A program made the position numbers and the translations under genes. Below the pieces are notes generated by a model. It worked only from the letters and a program-made list of their open reading frames with translations. It was not told the origin of the DNA and searched no databases. DNA of 64,000 bases, from the NCBI RefSeq assembly GCF_006345805.1, contig NC_043009.1, forward strand, positions 4,278,001 to 4,342,000, written 5' to 3'. This document shows positions 25,920-39,197 of the stretch, in pieces; position 1 is the first letter of the stretch, and each line of letters begins with the position of its first letter. This DNA comes from Octopus sinensis. Its lineage: Eukaryota.

Positions 25920-26341
25920 TTTTGGGGGAGGGGTTAAGTTGATTACATCGAACCCGGTGTTTTACCGGCACTTAATTTATCGACCCCGAAAGGATGAAAG
26001 GTAAAGTCGACCTCGGCGGAATTTTAATTCAGAACGTAACGGCAGATGAAATACCGCTATGCATTTTGCTAACGATTCTGCCAGTTCACCGCCGTTTCAT
26101 ATATTCTTTTCTACTCTGGGCACAAGGCCCAAAATTTGGGGGTGGGGTATAGTCGATTAGATCGACCCCAGTACGCAACTGGTAATTAATTTATCGATCT
26201 CGAAAGGATGAAAGGCAAAGTCGACCCCGGCGGCATTTGAACTCAGAACGTAAAAGACAGACGAAATACCTATTTCTTTACTACCCACAAGGGGCTAAAC
26301 ACAGAGAGGACAAACAAGGACAAACGGATTAAGTCGATTAT
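25920..26341 (-). mobile_element. Two adjacent family B SINEs, the second joined to a type-2 tail
   Basis: Copies at about 25920-26094 and 26107-26270. The junction GAAATACC|TATTTCTTTACTACCCAC is at 26270/26271. Confidence 0.85.
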
Positions 26342-26389
26342 CATGAAACACATAATAATCCTCTTCCTTCTCCTCTAATTCATCATCAT

Positions 26390-26850
26390 AATCACCACCA
26401 TCAGCACCGCCACCACCGACACCATCGTCTCCTCCATCACCGCCACGACCACAATCGGCCCACCACCACTGCCACCACCACCACCACCATTAGCCTCGCC
26501 ACCACCGTCAACCACTGCAACCACCATCAGCTCCGCCAACACTGTCACCACCGCCATCAGCCCCTCCACTACCGACATGACCACAATCAGCTCCATCCAC
26601 CACCACCATCATCCCCACCACCACCATCAGACCCTCCACCACCGCCACGACCACCATCAGCTCTGCCACCACCGCCACACCCACAATCAGCACCGCCACC
26701 ACCACCATCAGCCCCGCCATCACCAACATCACCACCGACACCACCACCACCATCAGCCCCTCCACTACTGCCAAGACCACCATCAGCTCCACCACTACCG
26801 GCACCACCACAATCAGCTTCGCCACCACTACAACCACCATCATCATCATC
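26390..26850. repeat. CAC-rich minisatellite, ~30-nt unit ACCACCATCAGCYCC(G/T)CCACYACYGCC
   Basis: About 11 degenerate copies of the ACCA(C/A)ATCAG anchor are visible. Confidence 0.75.
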
Positions 26851-27189
26851 ACACTCTTTTATCATCTTCATCACCATTGCTATATTCCTTAAACTCATCA
26901 TCATCGTCAGCGCCATCTATAGAGATATATCATCGCCATTATAACATCCTTCTTGTTGTAAGCATAAACATCCTCCATCAATACCGTCGAGCTTTTCTTC
27001 AGCGACGAGCAACACAAACGCAACGACAACAGCAACCACGTCAATATCACCAACAACAACAACAGCTCGACCATCTCGGAAAAACTGAGGGTACGAATAT
27101 TGATTCGTGATGTTGCTTTTTATAAAAAGAAAATTCGTTGCACCATTAAAAAAACCATCAAAAATAACAGCAACGATGAGAATATTACT

Positions 27190-27382
27190 AATAATTAGGG
27201 ATTCTATAATAATGAAACAAAATAGTAATAATAATAATAATATAATGATGATGATGATGATGATGGTACTAGTAATAATAATAATAATAATGATAATAAC
27301 AACAACAACAATAATAATAATGATGATGATGATGGTAGTAGTAGTAGTAATATTAATAATAACAACAATAATAATAATAACA

Positions 27383-27419
<37 letters not shown>

Positions 27420-27427
27420 TAATGATA

Positions 27428-27459
<32 letters not shown>

Positions 27460-27550
27460 GGTAATAATGATAATAATAGTAATAATAATAATAACAATAA
27501 TAATGATGATGATGATGATGAAGAAGAAGATAATTATTATTATTACTAAT
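27190..27550. repeat. (AAT)/(GAT)/(AGT) compound trinucleotide tract
   Basis: Direct reading. Confidence 0.9.
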
Positions 27551-28333
27551 AATTAGAAATTATATTGGTAGAATAATGGTGATGATGATGATGATGGTAC
27601 TTTGTTGGTGTTGTTTTCCTAAAAAGGGGAAGAGATATGACGAAATATATGAAGAAAGACAAAAAAATAAAAGAAAACCAAATCCCAAAAAGCAAAATAA
27701 ACAATAACATGGAAAGGTCAAATAAGTGTAAAACCAGATTATGACATTGTGAATGTTATCAAGAACAGGAACTGACGTCATCTTTGTGTGTGCGCGCGTG
27801 TATGTGTGTGTGTTCTGTGTGGTGTTGAACCTGTATTAAGTCTGTCGGAAACATGCATGCATTAGAATAAATGTATGTGGCTAGAAGTGTACGTATGTGA
27901 GTGTATATATATATATATATATAGACGTGTATGTATGTGTTGTGTGTGTGCATATGCTGTATCGTGTGAGTTCGTATGAGTACATATGCCGAGCTGTATG
28001 CTTGTACGTTTACATGATTTCTCATATGAGTTAGTGGTTGCGATTCATTAAGCATGTTGTGTATGCAAGTGTCTGTATAAATGTTTATGTCTTTGCATGT
28101 ATATACAACTGTAACTTGGGTATTGTAATAGCATTTGCCCTGTATGTAAGTGTGTGATTGCTATCCCGTACGTATCTGTACGTGTTTATAGAAGCGTGGG
28201 GCTAAAACGTATATAGATAAGAATACCGTCTAGCAGGAGTAAAAATACACATATACACACACATATTCGATGAATACACTCTTACACACGTGTTTGTGTG
28301 GTGTGTGTTGTATATATATACTCTCTCTCTCTC

Positions 28334-28742
28334 TTTTACTCTTTTACTTGTTTCAGTCATTTGACTGCGGCCATGCTGGAGCACCGCTTTTTAGTCGAGC
28401 AAATCGAACCCAGGACTTATGCTTTGTAAGCCTAGCACCTATTCTATCGGTCTCCTTTGTCGAACCGCTAGGGAACGGGGATGTAAGTAAATACACCAGC
28501 ATCGGTTGTTAAGCGATGTTTGGGGGACAAACACAGACACAAACACACACATACACACACATACACACACATATCATATATACGACAGGATTCTTTCTGT
28601 TTCCGTCTACCAAATCGACTCACAAAGCTTTGTTCGGCCCGAGGCTATAGTAGAAGACACTTACCCAAGTAGAAGTCACGCATTGTGACTGAACCCGGAA
28701 CCATGTGGCTGGCAAGCAAGCTACTTACCACACAGTCACTCC
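28334..28742 (-). mobile_element. Family A SINE, near full length
   Basis: Colinear with 48108-48492 from tail to head. Confidence 0.9.
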
Positions 28743-30754
28743 AGGTAGACATTCCGATATTTTATTCATATTTTATTTGGCTACGGATGAAATATAAATG
28801 GAATGAAAAATGGTTGTATTGTGGTGATTCGTTATGGAATCTCGTATGTATTTCTCAAAATTAAGGCTTTAGAATCTTACGAAGGGAGATAACTGCAGGA
28901 TGAGGGGTACGTCAAGAAGAAAAGGAAATTGTTCAAAGTATGTAAGGTAAATTGTAACAGAGAGAGTATAAGCCGAAACTGTGATGAACTTTGGCCGCCT
29001 GAGCATATATTTGTGCTTGTTTGCATACTACCTTCTTTTCCGTATTGCTTCGTCTTCCTGAGTCCCCTTTTCCATGATATGAGTGTGTTGAATGAGCACA
29101 TTATGTACATATACAGATATGTAGCAACATATGTATACATTTTATTGTGTCGTAGCGTTACACAGGAACTTAGATATTACAGCATACGTTATCGTATTAT
29201 CTCGTGTTTGAACCTACGTGTTCATTTGAAGTGAAGATTCAGGCAAGGGAGGTCACATTAACATCTTTGTATGACCAGCAATAATAACTCCTGTATCAGA
29301 AATATCAAGAAATTAATATCAATAATGAGATAAATCGTGCCAATGAGAGATACTGTATGCGTTTTGCTCTCTACTACAATTATTCGTCAAATCGTACCCT
29401 ACTATCTTAAATAAGTAACACTAATTGGCCCAGCCTTGCAAAGACAAAATATGTCCAAAAACGAATTGGCAGTTATGTATAATTGGACAGCATGCCAAAC
29501 TTGGATAAGGTAGTTAAGTGGAGGTCGTGTGTGTACTAAAATCTACATATGATAAAGACCAAGCTAAGGTTATCTAGGACACACCTGTCCAAACATGCAA
29601 CGAGATCAAGTTGATCATGGAATGTAATGAGAACCTATGTTCTCTGACACACAACTTGAGAATTTCTGACTATAATGTCGGACAAAATGTATGTAAGTCT
29701 CAGCAAAAATACAAAACCCTTGAAATGATATTAAATAGGATGTCGGGTATGAAAAGGAAAAAATAAATGCTTAAAGTAATTGGGTGAGTACTAAGTATAA
29801 ATACAAACATTAAGAATAACACAGAAACCATACCAATTCGACGTTGTCCTCAGCCAAAAATGAAAAAGAAGTCTTATATGGCACAACCCACATCCTGTGC
29901 TAAACACTATCAATTCAATAGTCTTATACGCAATACATTGTGGACAACACAATACATTATCGCCACACGTTCATAATACACGACCAGCGTAGCACACACT
30001 GTGCACAATTATCGCCCAATAAAAACAAAGTCACATATCGTAGACTACGTTTTCTGTCTACATCAACAATAAAGTAACGCCAGGAACGACAAGAATTACA
30101 CTGTGTGTGTGTGTGTGTGTTTGTTTGTTTCTCATAGTAATGGTAGCTAGTCGTTGTGGGTCTCCGTCGTTTCACGAAGAGAGCTCGGTGCTTTGGCCAA
30201 CAGAACAATCGGCTCCTGAATACACGTGTTGAGATTTCCTTTCACAAATGTACACTTAACGCGAGACTCCGACAGAATCATAACAGCTCTAAACAGCTTA
30301 CGCCTACCCAAGTTCGCTCACAATGTACCAATCAGCCCGAGGCTATTGGAAACACACACACACATGCACAGAAACACACAAACATACATACTTATGTATA
30401 TATATATATATATATATATATAGCATAGCATAGCAGCTGTAATATACAGATAGTATATTAAAGACAATACTGTAAACCCCTCAGTAACGCAGCTGTGTAC
30501 TTTATTGAATTTCGCATGAGGTTGTTGAAAACGTAATAGCAATACAACTGGCAGAAACTTCGGAGCGTCGAAAAAAATACTTTGCATTCTTTGTTGTGGA
30601 GCTTTGGGGTCAAATCTCACCATGGTCGACTTTTAGCTTTGCAGAGTAAATAATACATAAAATACTAGCTAAATACTGGGGTCGATTCATCGCCTTTTCC
30701 CCATCACAAATTTTGAGTTTTTACGCTTTTGACAGAAACATTACTTGAGTTATT

Positions 30755-31101
30755 CTTTTCGGCTTTAGGCACAAGGCTCGACATTTTTGGAGAGGGAGTC
30801 AATCGATTAGATTGACCAAAGTGCGTAACTGGTACTTAATTTATCAAACCCGAAAGGATGAAAGGCGAAGTCGACATCAGCGGAATTTGAACTCAGACCG
30901 TAAAGACGGACGAAATACCTATTTCTTAACTACCCACTAGGGGCTAGACTCAGAGGAGACAAACAAGGACAGATAGACGGATTAAGTCTATTATATCGAC
31001 CCCAGTGCGTAACTGGTACTTAATTTATCGACCCCGAAAGGATGAAAGGCAAAGTCGACCTCGGCGGAATATGAACTCACAACGTAACAGCGGACGAAAT
31101 A
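30755..31101 (-). mobile_element. Family B SINE dimer (type-2-tailed unit plus type-1-tailed unit)
   Basis: Two cores with the junction GAAATACC|TATTTCTTAACTACCCAC at 30919/30920. Confidence 0.85.
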
Positions 31102-31459
31102 TGACTGTGACTAAAGACTTAACACTTAGACTAACGAAAAACGAAGGAAATACAATGACAAAAAATATATACATAATTAGAAGAAGAAACAAAAAGCATT
31201 TATAAGACCAACAAAAAGGAAAAGATCGCCACTACCACAAACACCGCCATTATCATCGCTACCGCCAATAGCTTGCGACAGCGACTTCTTTGCACAACAA
31301 CAGCAACTATTGACAGCGGCATGGAGAAGCTTAAACTTAACATGGCTTCAACTGGATATATTTATGGCCAGGGGCTATAGTGTGGCCTAATTAGGGAAAG
31401 ACAGATTGAATAAGGAAACAGTTAAGATGCTGTGAACGCTCGGTGACGCGGATTATAGT

Positions 31460-32045
31460 GGTGAGGTCGGTGGTGGTGGTCGTGGTGGTCTTATAAGAAC
31501 TGAGGCGGTGGGGACTGCAGTGGTAAAAATTGATGGTAGAGGTGAAAATGGAGATGGTTGTTGTTGCGGTAGTTATTGTTGTTGTGATTGTGTTGGGGGG
31601 GGGGGGAGACATGGCGATTGAGTCGGTGGGGTGGCGGAGGGGCTTTGTCAACGATGCAGTTGTGGTGGTGGTGTGTGGTGGTGTGTGGTGGTGTGTGGTG
31701 ATTGTGGTGGAGTGCCATTGGTGACTGGCTGTCAATGGCCTCCAGAGAAAGACATCGAACAAGTAAAAGGGTTTATAACTAAAGATGTTGCGAATGCATT
31801 CGTGGAAGGTGGTAGAGTCACCAAAAGGAACGGCAGGACATGGTGCTCTCGATGATAGCGGCGGCGGCGGCGGTGGTGGTGGTGGTAGTGGTGGTGGTGT
31901 TGCTGTTGGTGGTGTTGCTGTTGGTGGTGTTGGTGGTGGTGGTGTTGGTGGTGGTGGTGATGGTGGTGGTGGTGCTGATGGTGGTGTTGGTGGTGGTGGT
32001 GGTGGTGATGGTTGTGGTGGTGGGGGTGGGGGGTGGGGGTGGCTT
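31460..32045. repeat. Degenerate (GGT)n tract
   Basis: Direct reading; source of the poly-P/G/T/V ORFs. Confidence 0.9.
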
Positions 32046-33093
32046 TGGTACAATGTCTTGGTGCCTGTGAGGACCACTAGGGTGGGCTGAGAGTAACAGA
32101 ATAGCAGTAAGTAACAGTAGGTAGGTCGGGGCTATATAAGAGGATAACAATGGTTACAGCGGTGTTATAGTGTTGATGGTGTTGATGGTGGTGGTGGTGG
32201 TGGTAGCAGCAGCGGCAGTAGCTGTGGTAGTAGTAGTCTGCGTGTGTCCTGTGGACTTGGTGCTAATAAGTTGGTGCCTTTAAGGACCACCACTAAAGTT
32301 TGGGCTGACAGCATAGAGATAACGGTAAAGGAGAATGAAAACGGGGTAGGGGGAGAAGTGGAGGATGGTGGTAGTGTTAGGGGTGAGGGTGTTTTTACTG
32401 TAGATAGTGATGGTGGTGGCGGGTGGGAGGGTAGTTTGGTGGTGCGTGGATGTGGGTCGGTGATGGGTGGCGGTGCTTAGTAGATAGTCATTGAGGTGAT
32501 AGTTGTACTGACAGAGAATTGAATTTATTGTCAAATATTTTCGTGTTGGTCACGTGGTTCTTATTGGTGGCGCTGCCGCTGTTTGTCACTATCGACGCGG
32601 TCGATGATAACGATGTTGTTGTTAGCGGGGATGCTGGTTGTGGTATGAGGAGTAATTGTGTACAGAGGTGGGGGTTGTAGTAGCAGTATTGAGAGGAGCT
32701 TATACCTAAGGTTTCGTGTTGATGCAGACGATGACTACAACGATGAAGGTGTTGGTGGTGGTGGTGGTGGTGGTGGTGGTGGTCATGGTGAGAAGGATTT
32801 TAATGGTGGTAAAAGAGATTGTATTTGCACGATGGTGACGGTCGTAGCAGTGTTTTGAGTAGGGATTGTTTTTAAGGTTTCCTGTTGATAAAGAAGCTGA
32901 TGATGATAGATCGGTAGATAGATAGACAGAGAGCGAGAGAGAGAGAGAGAGAGAGAGATAAAGAAAGAGAGAGAGAGAGAGAGAGAGAAAATAGAGATAG
33001 ATAGATAGACAGATATATATATATACATAGGAAAATAGATAGATAGAAGTAATGCAGGAGAGGTAATCTATTGTGTTTTTACTTTTAATACTA

Positions 33094-33142
<49 letters not shown>

Positions 33143-33249
33143 ACACACACGCACGCGCGCGCACACTTAAGACGACTGTTTGTGTTGAGAAAGAGCAGAT
33201 TCCCTGTAGAGCATGCAGAACAGAACCGCCTTTACATACACTTTGTACG

Positions 33250-33284
<35 letters not shown>

Positions 33285-34199
33285 TCTCACTTCCACCACC
33301 ATACATACCACAACCACCTACCACCACCACCACCACCACACCACCGACGCTGACTGCCAAACTCTTCATGAGATATAACCGCAAGAACCACTTCTGTATT
33401 CTTAAACGACAACACTAACCCATAATTACATCCTCTTTCACGCACCCACGCACCCACGTATCCACCCAACTACTTTTGTATTTTCTAGTCTTCGTCCTTT
33501 TCTTTCTTTCTTTCTTTCTTTTTTTCTTCCTCCTTTTGTCCATTCCTTCCAGTTGAATAATCCATTCCACACTCGTCTACACTACAAACTCTTGATATTC
33601 CACACAGCCTTACACACACACAACCACACACACACATATACACACATATACACACACATATGCACTCATACGCGCACGCGCCAAGTAGCACCCTGCTACT
33701 CTCTTTATCTATCCATCTGTATATATTTACATCTACCCATCCATCCATCCATCCATCTATTGTTTCATCTATCAATGCATTCAACGCCCCCATCCATTCA
33801 TTTGCTGATCCACTCGTCGATCCGCTAAACCACCCGTCCATCTATCTGTCCATCCACCCGTCCACGAGTACTTCCACTTGATTTTCTTACCCGACAATAT
33901 GTATGCAACGATTCGTCTATTGTATTAGCCATATAATAAATATTTGTCTATCTAACATGCATAGGTAGATATCTATCTTTCTACCTTACATTTTTTCATC
34001 TCTTTCTTCCTCCCCCCTCTCTCTCTCCCCTCACTCTCTCTCTCTCTTTTCCTCTTCGTTTGCGTAAATATATTTATATATATATACATACATACTTGCA
34101 TACACACACACACACATATAATAACGAAATTTTACAAAATGTATAAATGGATGATGAGTAAAGCACAGTTTCGGTTACCTGTTCTTATCCGTGGATTTA

Positions 34200-34325
34200 T
34201 TGCAGGAAGTTCGTAGTGGCATTTGATGTAACAGTATTAATAAAATAGGAGATGGAATGTGCAATAGACTTTATTGGGTACAGCACATGTTTCGAAGCGT
34301 TCTGGGTCTCTTCAGGTACATCAAT
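34200..34325 (-). mobile_element. Penelope-like terminal fragment with minimal hammerhead-like motif
   Basis: Minus strand reads GTAC-CTGAAGA-GACCCAGAACGCTTC-GAAACATGT-GCT-GTAC..AATAAA. The palindromic ACATGT after GAA is typical of PLE minimal hammerheads. Confidence 0.55.
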
Positions 34326-34369
34326 ATACGTGTATATATATATATCTATATATATATCTATATATATAT

Positions 34370-34417
<48 letters not shown>

Positions 34418-34555
34418 CACACCGTTTTATGCATGTTAATCTCAATTGTTCTATGTATGAACAGGCATACACGGAGGAGAGTGCGCACGCTCTCATGCAT
34501 ATGTGTGTGTATATTTGTCTGTTATTTTATGTAGGTATATAAGTATATATATATA

Positions 34556-34599
<44 letters not shown>

Positions 34600-34679
34600 G
34601 TGTGTATGTATGTATTTGTATGTGTTTAGACGCAGAATCACCGAATAGTTAACAAATTCACTCTGCAATCGAGACGTCC

Positions 34680-34908
34680 TATTTCTTTACTACCCACAAG
34701 GGCCTAAACACAGAGAGGACAAACACGGATAGACAAACGGATTAAGTCGATTATATCGACCCCAGTGCGTAACTAGTTATTTAATCGACCCCGAAATGAT
34801 TAAAGCAAAGTCGACCTCAGCGGAATTTGAACTCAGAACGTAGCGGCAGACGAAATACTGCTAAGCATTTCGCCCGGCGTGCTAACGTTTCTGACAGCTC
34901 GCCGCCCT
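34680..34908 (-). mobile_element. Family B SINE monomer with type-2 tail and 16-bp TSD
   Basis: Full head to tail. TGCAATCGAGACGTCC is duplicated at 34664-34679 and 34909-34924. Confidence 0.95.
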
Positions 34909-35644
34909 TGCAATCGAGACGTCCGCTTTGAGATCCACCCGTGTAGCATCTTGCGCAAATGTCTTTTAACCACGGATTCTGAATGAGTCGGAACTCGTTA
35001 TTCGTAATGGCTAAACGAATAAAAGCAAGACATGTGTTCATCAGATAGATTTGAAACTGCAATTCAAACAACCAGCTTTGACACAGTATATTCCACACGA
35101 ACTCTACTGGAAGAATGACGTCAAGAGAACACACGACTGTGAAATACTCAGCCATTTCACACGCTAATGCAATCAGCGAGGATTTTCAGTCTAGCGAGCG
35201 ACTGAATACTCGTTGTCGACCCCGACGGAGAACCTTTAATTTAAGTAATGCATTGCCTGTATATATATATATATATATTGCTGATAGTGTTGCTTTTGTA
35301 TATATATTATATATATATATATATATACAAAAGCAACACTATCAGCAATCATTTAAAGACTATCTAAACGCTGGTTATCTATAATTGCGCGTACACATAT
35401 ACACAATCATACTCTCACACATACATAAATACATACATACATACATACATACTCTCACACATACATACATACATGCATACATACATATTAGTTACACTGT
35501 TTTACCGTTAATTTCCACCAATGTTATATAATACGTCATAGAGAATTTGCAAAGGTGGATTGTATTACAGCATAACATATCTTCTCTTTCCTCTCTGGCA
35601 CGGTTGGTACTACGGCCTGTTACTGGTTTTTAATGTTATTGCAA

Positions 35645-36000
35645 TCATCATCATCATCATCATCATCGTCATCATCATCACAATCATCATTTCCATCACA
35701 ATCATAATCATCATCCTCATCGTCATCATCATCATCATCATCATCATCGTCATCATCATCGTCGTCATCATCATCATCATCATCATCATCTAATATTCAT
35801 CAGCATCAGCAAGATCACCATCGTCATCATCATCATCAGCATCATCCTCATCATCATCATCATCATCAACATCATCATCATCATCATCATCATCATCATA
35901 ATATTCATCAGCATCAGCAAGATCGCCATCATCATCATCATCGTTAACATCACCATCGTCAGTAGAAGCAGCAACGCCGTCGTCGTCGTCGTCGTCGTCG
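35645..36000. repeat. (CAT)n tract with a duplicated interruption
   Basis: TAATATTCATCAGCATCAGCAAGATC occurs twice inside the CAT repeat, near 35791 and 35899. Confidence 0.9.
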
Positions 36001-36112
36001 ACAGTCACATAATGCTTTTCTCAATTTTCAATGTCTTTTTTTTTTATTTTTCGTAAATATTTCTTGTTAATATACACTTGATGACTGTTACCAGTGTCCC
36101 GGTATTCCTTTC

Positions 36113-36148
<36 letters not shown>

Positions 36149-36263
36149 ACTTCTACTACTACTTCTACTACACATCCTCTTCATCCTAGACATCACCATT
36201 ACCTTCATCATCACAATCCCAGTGACACCCCACTTCAACTCTACTACTGCTTTGTTCAGCATT

Positions 36264-36298
<35 letters not shown>

Positions 36299-36601
36299 CA
36301 TCGGCATCTAACCGCCTCCACCTTATTATTCTCCTTCTATCTGTCGTCGTTGGAATCCCAACTTCTTCCTCTTCCTACTCCTACTCCTACTCCTCCTCAT
36401 CATCATCACCATCAAGTTGCCAACGTGTTGGCTCCAACATATCTAACATATTGACACAATGGCATGTAATATATTTGCTATTTTGAACAACTTCATGTGG
36501 TGCTCATTACACGTATTGTTTGGACCACAGAATATGGTAGCAACACAACTGTGATATATATATATATATGAATATGCATATATATATATACATATACATA
36601 C

Positions 36602-36660
<59 letters not shown>

Positions 36661-37554
36661 CACGTCTTCAAGCTTTTGTTTTATGGTGACATTTTTCATA
36701 ATGTCATTTGAGTTCTGTGCAAACAGTAAAGTATCTAAATACACCATTAAATTTTCTAGACTTTCATGGTCTCGTCTTCAAGACGAAGTGATGTTGTTGT
36801 GTGTTGCACAGCTTGCGCGTTAGAGTGATCGCTTGAGGAAGACATTCTTTCGCAAGCTTGGAACATTGACTAACAGATATTTTAAAATCATTTATCACTG
36901 ATATTGTTTCCATCATTAATCGTTAATCTTGTCGGTAAAAATTAAAGACCATATATTTGTTCGACTAAAAAGTAGTACCTCTTATGTGTTTGTATGTATG
37001 TGTGTGTGTGTATGTATGTGTGTGTATGTGTGTATGTATGTGTGTGTGTGTATGTATGTATGTGTGTGTATGTGTGTGTGTATGTATGTGTGTGTGTATT
37101 TAAAGATGGAGGAAAGGAGAAGAAGATGGACCTAGTAATTAATGTATACATAATTTCATTGGTCACTCACTCACTAAATAGTATGTGTGTGTGTGTGTGT
37201 GTTGTGTGTGTGTGTGTGAGTTTGTGTGTCAGCGTCAGTGTGTTTATATGTCTGCATCGGTATATACATAGAATCATGCACACGCATACATAATTATACG
37301 GAATTACATACACACTCACATACCCCGTATACATTTGGAGAAACCCACTCTTTATGCATACATGTGTACAATTAAAATTTTTAAGCGTAAAACCAGGTGA
37401 GTAACTATACATAAACATCAAGAATATATGTAAGCAACCTTCTCATCAAGTTCGCAGCGGGAGGGTGCCAAACATATTCCACCCAAACCACCAACCCTGT
37501 AGTATTTTCTAAACTGTTCTCTGCCGTTGCGTATGCAAATGTGTGAGGGATGTA

Positions 37555-38060
37555 TATAATATAATATATATATTATATTATATATATATATATATATAAT
37601 TATATATATAAGTGTGCATATATATGTGTACATATACATATATATGTATATATATATATATATGTATACATATACATATATATGTATATATATATATATA
37701 TATATATAATATAATATATATATATATATAATATATATATATGTATATATATGTGTGTGTGTGTATATATATATGTATATATATATATTTATATGTATAA
37801 TATTATGATATATATATATATATGTATATGTATATATATATATCTATATATATATATCTATATATATATATTACATTAATATATATATATATATATATGG
37901 TATATATATTCTATATATATGTATATATCTTTATATATATATATGTATATATATCTATATATATGTATATATATATATATGTATATATATATGTGTGTGT
38001 GCATGTGTGTTTGCGCGTGTGTGTGTACGTATGTATACGTATGTACGTATACGTATATGC
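37555..38060. repeat. Degenerate (TA)n/(TG)n tract
   Basis: Direct reading. Confidence 0.9.
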
Positions 38061-39066
38061 ATGCATATAGGCACACTCTGAGACAGGCACACATACCCAC
38101 TCGTTAACTCATACGTTTTGAGTCATTCCCTCAGCAGGATACAATATTACATATCTATCATCATTGCTATCGTTGTTGCTGCTGCAGCCATTGTTGCTGA
38201 TATTGTTGTTGTTGCAGTTGTTGCTGTGGAAGACTCAGTTGTTGTTATCTTTGTTATTTTTGTTTTTGTCATAGTCGTAGTCGTCATCGTTGATGTTGAT
38301 ATTGTTCTTGTTATTGTGTTGCTGTGTATGTTTTGCTTTGAATTGAAGTCATGCCGCTTTTATTTATACGATACAAATAAGAATACAGGTAAGCTTTGGA
38401 CCTTAGAAAATGCTCCCTCTCCTTTTGTCTGGGTCTTTATTCTTGTCACTCAGTGTCTGCTCCTGTTTATCTGACTGTATGCATATTTCTCTCTGTCTGT
38501 CTGTCTCTCTCTCTCTCTCTGCCAGTCTCCTCCATCTCTCACTCCACCTCCCCAGTTTCTCTTATCACTGCTGTAATTTTTTCTTTAGTCTCAAGCATCC
38601 TACATTTCTTCCTTTTTCTCATCCTCATCATTATCATGGTCGTCGTCACCGTCCTCCTTTTCTTGACCTCCTCCCTCTCCTCATATTTTGTCTCATCCTC
38701 GTCCTCTTCGCTCACCTCATCCTGCGCCGTCTCCTTATGGTACTCATCGTAATCATATTCTTCCTCCGGTTTATCTTTCCATAATGACTATTGAGAATAA
38801 GGCCACTTACACCATCGACTCCCAAACAAATATCAGCTCCACGTATATTTTCTGACGATGCTGCTGATATTATAACCAACAACAAAACCGGCAAATTTTC
38901 GCAAAGACAAAGATTATGCACAATAAATCCATGACTGTGTGTGTATGTACAGGTGTAGGTCCATTTATATGTGCGTAGGTATGTATATTTATAACACAGA
39001 TCCTTGAAACCTAAGGGTTTCCTATTCACCAGCAATCATCAGCCTAGTTAAGTTTTAACTTATTTT

Positions 39067-39197
39067 TTTCTACTCTAGACACAATTCCGGAAATTTGTGG
39101 GGAGGATCCAATCGATTAGATCGCCCCCAGTACGCAACTGGTACTTAATTTATCGACCCCGAAAAGATGGAAGGCAAAGTCGACCTGAGCGAAATTT
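39067..39197 (-). mobile_element. Family B SINE, 3' part
   Basis: CAGTACGCAACTGGTACTTAATTTATCGACCCCGAAAAGATGGAAGGCAAAGTCGACC core on the + strand. Confidence 0.8.

Noticed and set aside
26577-27110. 177-aa His/Gln-rich ORF
   Set aside because: Direct translation of the CAC minisatellite; equivalent low-complexity ORFs appear in other frames.
31391-32077. 228-aa proline-rich ORF (formin/extensin-like appearance)
   Set aside because: Translation of the (GGT)n tract with several overlapping frames open; no flanking domain.
37381-37402. CAG|GTGAGT, and CAG|GTAAGC at 38386-38394, as further recursive sites
   Set aside because: Neither has a polypyrimidine tract upstream; they are isolated donor-like motifs.
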